Made by a program: the position numbers and the translations under genes
IMG/VR virus record: IMGVR_UViG_3300013132_000021
Length of the DNA stretch: 64,000 nucleotides
Origin: a virus
Reading direction: 5' to 3' (one strand)
The notes under the pieces: generated by a model
The model's database searches: none
Told to the model about the DNA's origin: nothing
Seen by the model: only the letters and a program-made list of their open reading frames with translations
Shown: positions 1-7,227 of the stretch, in pieces
Numbering within the stretch: the stretch's first letter is position 1
Layout: each line of letters begins with the position of its first letter

Positions 1-27
1 ACCGTTGACTCTGAGAAACTGTCCCAT
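1..27 (-). CDS. 5' end of a gene running off the window (MGQFLRVNG...), probably virion structural
   Basis: ATG at 27-25, AGGT RBS-like sequence upstream, 14 nt after the previous stop; only 9 codons visible. Confidence 0.5.
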
Positions 28-41
28 TAGATTACCTGTTA

Positions 42-443
42 TTACATTGCGGTTAAGTGGATATAATCGCTGGTAGAATCATTAACAAGGAACCACTTGT
101 AACGAACACCGTTAAAATCAGTGGCCACACGTTTGGTGATTTTTGCAATCGCTCTTTCAGTTTGCCCATTGCCGTCTAAATAACCAAGGATACGCATTTC
201 TCCATTAGCAGCTGGTACTGCCGATTGTAATTTGCATACTGCTGTTGCTGCTGCTTGATTAGCTACAACGAAAGCTTTTGCTCCCCGTTGCTTAACGATA
301 TAGGCATAATTTGTTGCATTGTTGTATGTTGCTTCTGTATAAGCAGCACCCCCAAAATATGCTTCAATTTGAATTCCTGTGTTGCTAGACGGTGTACCGA
401 TAACATCAACACCATTTACATCTTTTCTTAGTGGACGTCCCAT
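42..443 (-). CDS. Hypothetical 133-aa protein, probably virion-associated
   Basis: Strong AAGGAG RBS, own ATAAATA late-promoter motif at 511-517, lies downstream of the capsid gene. Confidence 0.75.
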   Translation of the reverse strand: MGRPLRKDVNGVDVIGTPSSNTGIQIEAYFGGAAYTEATYNNATNYAYIVKQRGAKAFVVANQAAATAVCKLQSAVPAANGEMRILGYLDGNGQTERAIAKITKRVATDFNGVRYKWFLVNDSTSDYIHLTAM

Positions 444-462
444 TTGTTTTCTCCTTTAGGTT

Positions 463-494
463 GACGTTCTAGGTCTACGCGGTGGGTACCGCAT
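463..494 (-). promoter_or_regulatory. Two-hairpin 5'-UTR element
   Basis: Minus strand AUGCGGU-ACCC-ACCGCGU (7 bp incl. one G-U), then GAC-CUAGAAC-GUC, between promoter motif and RBS. Confidence 0.45.
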
Positions 495-510
495 AATTAC
501 TTAGATACTT

Positions 511-517
511 TATTTAT
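511..517 (-). promoter_or_regulatory. T4-type late promoter (ATAAATA)
   Basis: Matches the TATAAATA core recognised by gp55-type sigma; gp55 homolog encoded in the window. Confidence 0.6.
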
Positions 518-783
518 CCGCGGCTCAGCAGACTCATCAGTTCCATTTTTTCCACTGTGGCAACGATCCTGTTAATCTCATCCAGTTCTCGCTGTGCTTT
601 TTCCAAATAGCTGCGACTGTGCGTTTGTCTGTAGCGTATACCAGCGTTGCTGAACTCTACTATGTGCTGTTCTACCATACGTTCAATTCGTTGAACATCG
701 TGAGCAAACATAGGGAATCGCATGCGCCATTGATTGATGTGTCTGCGCAGTTGGGGGAAATCTCGATCACTGGTTACCTGCAT
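514..783 (-). CDS. Hypothetical helical protein, 89 aa from ATG 783
   Basis: ORF track start 837 overlaps the gp23 terminator; ATG at 783 lies 5 nt after a TAAATA motif. Confidence 0.65.
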   Translation of the reverse strand: MQVTSDRDFPQLRRHINQWRMRFPMFAHDVQRIERMVEQHIVEFSNAGIRYRQTHSRSYLEKAQRELDEINRIVATVEKMELMSLLSRG

Positions 784-801
784 CAAGGTATTTAAGCCAA
801 A

Positions 802-827
802 CAAAAAGGCTCCGAAGAGCCTTTTTG
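802..827 (-). terminator. Rho-independent terminator after major capsid gene
   Basis: CAAAAAGGCTC-TTCG-GAGCCTTTTTG; C(UUCG)G tetraloop typical of T4-like terminators, followed by a U tract. Confidence 0.9.
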
Positions 828-850
828 AAGTTTGCAAAACGTTCTGCGTA

Positions 851-2020
851 TTAAGCGAAACGTAGGTTAGCGGATGTTACAGCAACAGTCGCTAGGTAAT
901 CAGCTGCGTTACCTAGAGAAGAAGCTGTGTTTGTCAACTCAACATAACCATAACGTGTCATGAATGACACGACTGGTTCGAAAGTTGATGGATCCAACAC
1001 AACACCACTGCTCATCAATGGAATGTATGGGCAATAGAATGCTGCTGCGTCTGACTCAGAACCGCCCTTGTAACCAACAAGAACGTTGTCGTTCTCTGCG
1101 TATGTGTTCACATACACTTTCATTGCTGAATTCAATGTACCAACAAACTTGGTGTTTGTAGGTGCTTCGAATGTACCTTCTGTTGTACGAGCAAATGCGC
1201 TGGTAGTAGCAGATTGTAGCAGTGTCAATGTAGTTGGGGATACAACTGCCCAGTTACCTGCACCACGACGTGTACGCTGAGCGATCAAGTTAGCAGCACG
1301 GTTGATTTGAACTGCCAATGCGGCATGCTCGTCACCAACGAATGTAGCTGTGCCTGAAACAGCAGCTTGGTCATAGGTCAATACAGTAGAGCTCAATGTA
1401 GCCAAGCTACGTAGAACTTCTTGATCGATCTCAGCTGTGATCTCTTGTGCAAGAGCAGCCATGATTTCTGCTTCGATGTCAATGCCTTGTTGGGCTTGTG
1501 CATCTTGTGCAGCTTCAAACGTCCAGCGAGCTGACAATTTACGTGTCTTAGCTTCGACTGTTTGTTTCAAGATCTGGATGCTTAGTTTGTTACCAGCAAC
1601 ACCTTCTAATGCAGCAGTGCTAGCTGGTTTACCGGTAGTAGCACCGGAATAACCTTCAGCGATCTTGAATGGGCTCAGTGCTTCTTCACCAGCTGTGGTT
1701 GCGCCGCCTGTAGAACCTGCGAAGGTGTCAGAGTAGCGAACTCTTAGAGTATGGATCTGTCCAACTGGGCCAGTTAGTGGCTGTACACCAACTAGTTCAT
1801 TAGCGATGACCGTAGGCATCACACGTCTGATCACTGGAAGGATCACACGATTTAGGGTTGCAACGTTACCGGCGGATGTAGCACCAGCAGTAGCACTCTC
1901 TGACAAATACTTGCGGGTATTTTCTAGAGTTGTTGCCATTACTGAACGCTTGTTACCTTGAAGACCTTCTAACAGTGCCTCTTTGGTTTCCGACCAGCGT
2001 GACTCGAGTAATTGTGACAT
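851..2020 (-). CDS. gp23: Major capsid protein, T4 gp23 family
   Basis: Motifs LPVIRRVMP, GVQPLTGPVGQI, VEAKTRKLSARWTFEAAQD, EITAEIDQE, AFYCPYIPL, FMTRYG; AGGAG RBS. Confidence 0.97.
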   Translation of the reverse strand: MSQLLESRWSETKEALLEGLQGNKRSVMATTLENTRKYLSESATAGATSAGNVATLNRVILPVIRRVMPTVIANELVGVQPLTGPVGQIHTLRVRYSDTFAGSTGGATTAGEEALSPFKIAEGYSGATTGKPASTAALEGVAGNKLSIQILKQTVEAKTRKLSARWTFEAAQDAQAQQGIDIEAEIMAALAQEITAEIDQEVLRSLATLSSTVLTYDQAAVSGTATFVGDEHAALAVQINRAANLIAQRTRRGAGNWAVVSPTTLTLLQSATTSAFARTTEGTFEAPTNTKFVGTLNSAMKVYVNTYAENDNVLVGYKGGSESDAAAFYCPYIPLMSSGVVLDPSTFEPVVSFMTRYGYVELTNTASSLGNAADYLATVAVTSANLRFA

Positions 2021-2031
2021 TATAGTTCTCC

Positions 2032-3123
2032 TTAAACTTTTAGTCCCGCAAGCCTGCGGATGTCAAATATTTCAGCAGTTTTTTCTTCACTGCTGTGTTG
2101 TGCCTGTGCTTTGTCGCCTGTAATTTCTTTGCCTTCATGTAGTACTTTCTTCGCCGGGGTAGCACCGTTCATCACTGAACTGATATACTTGTCGAAAGCT
2201 GTACGTAGCTTTTCTGTCTGTACTGATTCTAGTAGACTGCTCATTACTTCACGCTTGTCACCGGTCAACGGGCCTAGCAATTCGCTCATAACTTCCTTGC
2301 GTTGGCTGCTTTCTTTGATGATGCGTAGTTCACGTTCTTTGTTTTCTACTAGTGATTGTGTATCTGCAACAACTTTAGCTGCTTCTTCTAATTCTGCTTC
2401 TTTGACCGCAACTACTTTTAATAGTTTAGCTGTCTCAGATTTTTCATTAAGATGACTGGCAGCGTATTCGCTGGCGAAGCTTTCAAAAATCCTGCGACCA
2501 AAGTCATTTCTACGAGCAGCTTCGATGTCTTCACGTAGCTGAGTCATTTCAGAACGCAGTCCTTTTGCGACTGTTTCTTCGATGATTTTAGCGGAACGTG
2601 CTACGAAATCTTTCTTGATCTGTTCAAACTTGGCCTTGCTTTCACGAACCAATTTTACTTTGGTTTCGGCCAAATCTTTCTTGTCAGTGTGGAATTCTGC
2701 GATTTCTTTCGCTAGTGCATCCACGATAAAAGATTCTAATTTTTCAACATTACCAGCTACTGCTTTGCGATCTTCGTGTAGTTCTGCAAGTTCTTTCTTG
2801 AGATTCTGAAGCACGAATGATTCCATTGCTTTGGCATCGTCCTTCATTTTCTTGTGATACTTGGCACGAGCTTCAATCAGGCCCTGACGGTCTTCTGCAA
2901 GCTCGCCTAGTTCTGCTTGTAGGCGATCTGTTAGCATAGCTTCAACAGCTTCTACCATAGCGCCTTTGTCGTGTTCGTATTTCTGTGCAAATTCTTCACG
3001 TAGTGTAGCAGTGACTTCATCACGGTTTTCTTGAATTCTGCTATTCCAAGCGGATTCAATTTCCGATTTGATTTCCTCGGAAATCACATTGTTTTCGAAC
3101 AACTGTTTTACGATATCTAACAT
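2032..3123 (-). CDS. gp22: Prohead core scaffold protein, gp22-like
   Basis: Long charged coiled coil between protease and capsid genes; many L/I-x-E sites. Confidence 0.85.
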   Translation of the reverse strand: MLDIVKQLFENNVISEEIKSEIESAWNSRIQENRDEVTATLREEFAQKYEHDKGAMVEAVEAMLTDRLQAELGELAEDRQGLIEARAKYHKKMKDDAKAMESFVLQNLKKELAELHEDRKAVAGNVEKLESFIVDALAKEIAEFHTDKKDLAETKVKLVRESKAKFEQIKKDFVARSAKIIEETVAKGLRSEMTQLREDIEAARRNDFGRRIFESFASEYAASHLNEKSETAKLLKVVAVKEAELEEAAKVVADTQSLVENKERELRIIKESSQRKEVMSELLGPLTGDKREVMSSLLESVQTEKLRTAFDKYISSVMNGATPAKKVLHEGKEITGDKAQAQHSSEEKTAEIFDIRRLAGLKV

Positions 3124-3136
3124 GTGATTCTCCTTG

Positions 3137-3769
3137 TTATTTGAGACCTGAAATTATGCGTTTCAGACTCTCTGCTAGGTATTTTTGTGCCTTAGGATCG
3201 CCTTGGACTTGTTGTGCTATTTGATAGGCCTGATAACCGCCTGTGTTATTCATTAGGTGTTCATACACTGGTGTAGGATAAGCGCCAGGTGCGCTGGGTT
3301 GAGCCACTACATCTACTGTGATGATCTCAAATCCTTGTACTTTACCTTCGCCGTCAACTTCTCCACTACCTCTGGAACTGACGCCTAGTTTCACTCCCGA
3401 CTCCAGCATGGTCTGAATCAACTGACCCATGGGAGTTGGAAGTATTTTTAGTTTTCCGTAGCCGTTAGGACCATCCATCCACATCTTGGTAATCATATGA
3501 CTAACACGATCTAGATTGATTTTCAAATCCTGTGGGTGATCAACTTCTCCCAGCACAGAGTAACCACCAGCGATCTGCTCGTTGAGCGTTTTGACAGCCT
3601 TGCCAATTTCTTGAGAAGAATAAACACGTTGGTTTGCATTGCGGATGTCTCCTTGAATGCAAATACCGTTTAAATGCAGCGACTTTTTACCGTCGCTGCC
3701 TTCTTCGCTCTCCAAGACAATCTTAGCCTGATCGTAACTCAAATGTTCTGCTAGCGTAAGTTTCTTCAC
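3137..3769 (-). CDS. gp21: Prohead protease, T4 gp21 family (GTG start)
   Basis: NANQRVY, LGEVDHP, LGVSSRGSG catalytic motifs, VDVVAQPSAPGAY. Confidence 0.96.
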   Translation of the reverse strand: MKKLTLAEHLSYDQAKIVLESEEGSDGKKSLHLNGICIQGDIRNANQRVYSSQEIGKAVKTLNEQIAGGYSVLGEVDHPQDLKINLDRVSHMITKMWMDGPNGYGKLKILPTPMGQLIQTMLESGVKLGVSSRGSGEVDGEGKVQGFEIITVDVVAQPSAPGAYPTPVYEHLMNNTGGYQAYQIAQQVQGDPKAQKYLAESLKRIISGLK

Positions 3770-3781
3770 CGTCTGATCCTA

Positions 3782-4588
3782 TTATCTACGACCACGGAAA
3801 AGGCTCTGCTTGTTGTCAGCGGATTCTTTAGAACCAGCTTTCTCAGCACCATGTCCGGGTTCTTTCTTAGAGAAAGCACTACCAGCTTTACCGCCTGGGA
3901 CATTGATGTTACCAGCATTTTCTTCTTTTGGGGTCGGTGCAGCTAGGCCACCTTTGGTGCCTTCGCTTTTGCTTTCACCACCAGCTAGGATATTGGCTGC
4001 GGTTCCGCCCATGTCATTCTTACCTGCTACGATGGATTTGGTGTTAGCGCCGTTGTCACCACCTTTTGGTGTAGTAACTTTCTCAACGTATTCACGAACT
4101 GTTTCAAGATCAAAATCATCTTTCATCTTGTCGTCCATGCCGCCCATGTCATCGCCACCCGTGTCATCGCCACCTTTGAGTTCATCAAATTTGGCCTGTA
4201 GTTCATCAACGATGCTGTCTAGATCCTGGAATAGTTCTTCTTCGGACTTTTCTTCCATGTCGTCGTCACCCACTTCTAGATCACCTTCTAGGTCATCTGT
4301 AGGGTCACCACCCACCATATCTGGATCTTCGTCATCAGCTTCTATAGCAATGTCTTCAAATTCTTCGTCGACTTTTTCGTCTTCTGCATCATCATCTTTT
4401 GCAGCTTCTTCTACATCCTCGTCATCTTCATCTTTTTCTTCTTCTTCAGCGATTTCGCTGTCGATCAAAGATTCGTAGATTTCACGGGATTGCTGTACCA
4501 CGTACTCGTGAAATAATTCTTCAGCTTTCGCTTGATCGTCGTTTACAAGATGCTCAAGCATCTGTTGCAACAGTTTTTTGTCTGCCAT
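3782..4588 (-). CDS. Highly acidic prohead core protein (gp67/gp68-like position)
   Basis: D/E-rich 268 aa immediately upstream of gp21; AAGGAG RBS and TAAATA motif near 4624-4629. Confidence 0.7.
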   Translation of the reverse strand: MADKKLLQQMLEHLVNDDQAKAEELFHEYVVQQSREIYESLIDSEIAEEEEKDEDDEDVEEAAKDDDAEDEKVDEEFEDIAIEADDEDPDMVGGDPTDDLEGDLEVGDDDMEEKSEEELFQDLDSIVDELQAKFDELKGGDDTGGDDMGGMDDKMKDDFDLETVREYVEKVTTPKGGDNGANTKSIVAGKNDMGGTAANILAGGESKSEGTKGGLAAPTPKEENAGNINVPGGKAGSAFSKKEPGHGAEKAGSKESADNKQSLFRGRR

Positions 4589-4651
4589 GTTATGTTCTCC
4601 TTTGTATGGTCAAGGCTGTAAGTTATTTAACACTAAGATTACAAACCAGGG

Positions 4652-5299
4652 TTAAATGGTAGTTTTTTGATTGATTTGATCGGAATATATAGTGCCCGGG
4701 AACGTTCTGTCAAAATCCGCAAAGGTGATGTGGCTGAGGTTTGACAGTGTTGGGCCTAGTTTATCTGGTATGAAAGCACCGGGATCTGCCACTCTGAAGA
4801 ATTTCACGTGCCTAAATTCTTTGATGGTTTTTTCAGTTTGGCTCAGCCAATTGCCAAAATAAGTGGCAGAATCTGAGCTTTTTTTATAGTTGTGAGTGTT
4901 GGCATACACATTGTTGAATTTGCCATTGTCGCCTTGATAGTCAAAGCCAAATATGTAGATATCTTTGTGACCCTGCGTGGCAGCGAACCATAGAGCAGTG
5001 GGTCCTGAGCTCCAACCTTTGTGGGGGGAAAAGAAGTTGATGTTGTGTTTGGTGCTGATACCTTTGTTGGGATTTGTCCAAACCTGATGCTTTTTGTGAT
5101 AGCCTGCACCTATGATTTCGTTCACCATTTTCACATCCACAGCTATCAAATAGTGCGGAGCATACTCTCTGTATTGCGCATTGCAGCCATAGACTATGCC
5201 GAGATCCATTACACTGAGATGATTTAGTTTCAGTCTGCTGGTGCCGTTGCCTATGACGAATGCCGGATTATTCTGCAGGTGCTTCTGCTGGGGTTGCAT
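4652..5299 (-). CDS. Sialyltransferase/Maf(DUF115)-like glycosyltransferase
   Basis: FVIGNGTS, YGCN, YLIAVD, WSSGPTAL and IYIFGFD resemble the GNGPS / SG / I.L.GxD pattern of CstII (GT42) and Maf proteins. Confidence 0.6.
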   Translation of the reverse strand: MQPQQKHLQNNPAFVIGNGTSRLKLNHLSVMDLGIVYGCNAQYREYAPHYLIAVDVKMVNEIIGAGYHKKHQVWTNPNKGISTKHNINFFSPHKGWSSGPTALWFAATQGHKDIYIFGFDYQGDNGKFNNVYANTHNYKKSSDSATYFGNWLSQTEKTIKEFRHVKFFRVADPGAFIPDKLGPTLSNLSHITFADFDRTFPGTIYSDQINQKTTI

Positions 5300-5510
5300 A
5301 CATTTGCCTAATAAATCCCAGTTCAGACTCTGATTCTACTTGGTGTGCTTCTGCCTGCAGTCTCAGTTGATTGATCTGCCGTAGGGTCAAACGTATTTTT
5401 CTAGTGTCACTTTTCTTCACAACTGATGAATCTCTGCCGGCATCGTATCTACGATCATTGGCAAAGTCGTTGTTTTTTTCGTTAAAATAAAAAAATTCGT
5501 TTAGAAGCAT
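5268..5510 (-). CDS. Small hypothetical head-cluster protein, 80 aa from ATG 5510 (MLLNEFF...)
   Basis: ATG 4 nt after ATAAATA; the ORF-track start at 5558 overlaps the portal gene. Confidence 0.7.
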   Translation of the reverse strand: MLLNEFFYFNEKNNDFANDRRYDAGRDSSVVKKSDTRKIRLTLRQINQLRLQAEAHQVESESELGFIRQMYATPAEAPAE

Positions 5511-5520
5511 AATGTATTTA

Positions 5521-7227
5521 TTATTGAACTGGTGCTTCTGCTGGTGCTGCTTCTGCACCTTCTGCGCCTGCTTCTGCAGCAGCTGCCATATCTACAGGTG
5601 CTTCTGCGGTCTGTGCTGCTGCGTCTGCGGCCATTCCGCCAGCTGTGACACCTACATTTCTCAACTGACTCTGTGCATCAAGATCTGGTTTTAATGTCGT
5701 TCCGTTTTCTTCTCTCCATAGCATTTCGTTTTCTTTGATTTCTTCTTCTGATAAACCTAGGAACCGTTTCATGGCAAATCTTTTGCTGAGATGTGGGATT
5801 GCAATCACTTGACTAAATGTAGCAGCGCGAGCAGTATCAAGTTCTGATTGGCGATAAGCAGCAAAGTTCTGTGGTGAATTGAATTTTAATTCAAATAAAC
5901 CATTGTCTATGTTGATGCCTTGTGCGTTTAGCCACAGTTTAAATTCTAGATCAAACGTTTCTACGATCATTGATTGTAGGCGTTTACAGTATTCATTGAA
6001 TCTAAGTTCTTGAATGTAAGCAGTACCAACTTTGCCGTCTGATATAGTGTTTGATTGTTCATCAATTGCAGTGGGCAAATAACTGCTAGGTATTCTTAGA
6101 GCACGGAATAGCTTGTTTGTAAAATAACGCAGGTCTGTGATTTCGCCTAGATTAGTACCTCCCGGTAGTGTTTCAACTTTTGATCCACGACCTTCTGCAG
6201 TCTGTGGGAAGAAGTAATCTTCATTCACGCTTAATGGATTATATGAAGCGTCTATGACGTTGGCGCCACCGCCTGTTGATGAAGGAATACGGCGCTGTTG
6301 GATTTCGTTTTTCACACGCTCAACAAAGCTCATGGCCATGTGTGCCGGCATGTTGCCCACGTCCACATAAAAAATACGTCTTTCTGGAGCACGTTGTATA
6401 CGATAGATAATGATAGCATCTTCCAGCAATTCTTTCTGCTTATAGACTTTGAACACTGATTCTAGTATTGAATTGCCGAAAGGATAATTGTTGTCCAGTC
6501 CTTCGCTCATACTAATGTGTACCACATGTTTGGCATCTATGGTAACTTCATTGGTCTGGTTGCTGAATCTCGTGCCAGGAGGTTGAGCTGCTGCGCCAAC
6601 CATGCCTCGGCCAAAGCCACCACCTGTGGTATACGAACTAGTGCCGCTGGGTGCTGTGTTTGTGGTACCATGTGGAGTCACAGCCACCATATCCTTGAAG
6701 TTGAAGTTGATGTCTCTGATCACATACTGCTCAGGTATTTTGCCTTCGCTTTCGTTGACTATGATCTTAGTGACTTTGGCAGCATCAACAAACAACCACT
6801 TTTTGGTTTCTGGATCTCTCACAAAGAAGCAGTCACCATATTTTAGAGCGTTGCGGAAAATACGGAATATACGAGTTTCAAACTGTTGTTGTTTGCTCCA
6901 TTTCTGCAGACTATCTTTCAACAACTTGACTTCAGTGGCAGTAGGGTTACCTTTGAAAAATGTATTAAACGGTGTGCGATTTTCTTTTTCTTTTTGTGTG
7001 CAGAATTCAGTGAGTATGTCCAAGGCAGCATTGACTTCTGAGTCCATGTCCATGGTATCATACTGCATGTAGCGTTCTACTCGATTGGGAGCACCGGCGT
7101 AGACATCTGGTAGGAAGCTGGAGTAATTGGCACGAGCCGGACCAGGGCGGCCGCGGCCGCTGATCGGACTCATAGAGCCGCCCGAATTGTCAATTTTCAC
7201 AGGGGTAAAGTGTCTTTTCCAGCTCAT
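5521..7227 (-). CDS. gp20: Portal vertex protein, T4 gp20 family
   Basis: LEDAIIIYRIQRAPERRIFYVDVGNMP, EDYFFP, VETLPGGTNLG, YFTNKLFRALRIPSS. Confidence 0.97.
   Translation of the reverse strand: MSWKRHFTPVKIDNSGGSMSPISGRGRPGPARANYSSFLPDVYAGAPNRVERYMQYDTMDMDSEVNAALDILTEFCTQKEKENRTPFNTFFKGNPTATEVKLLKDSLQKWSKQQQFETRIFRIFRNALKYGDCFFVRDPETKKWLFVDAAKVTKIIVNESEGKIPEQYVIRDINFNFKDMVAVTPHGTTNTAPSGTSSYTTGGGFGRGMVGAAAQPPGTRFSNQTNEVTIDAKHVVHISMSEGLDNNYPFGNSILESVFKVYKQKELLEDAIIIYRIQRAPERRIFYVDVGNMPAHMAMSFVERVKNEIQQRRIPSSTGGGANVIDASYNPLSVNEDYFFPQTAEGRGSKVETLPGGTNLGEITDLRYFTNKLFRALRIPSSYLPTAIDEQSNTISDGKVGTAYIQELRFNEYCKRLQSMIVETFDLEFKLWLNAQGINIDNGLFELKFNSPQNFAAYRQSELDTARAATFSQVIAIPHLSKRFAMKRFLGLSEEEIKENEMLWREENGTTLKPDLDAQSQLRNVGVTAGGMAADAAAQTAEAPVDMAAAAEAGAEGAEAAPAEAPVQ

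Noticed and set aside
3810-4478. Long antisense ORFs (e.g. 3810-4478, 7279-7827, 19138-19746 and many 60-150-aa ORFs opposite structural genes)
   Set aside because: Shadow frames of real genes; Ser/Leu/Pro-rich low-complexity translations with no RBS or motifs
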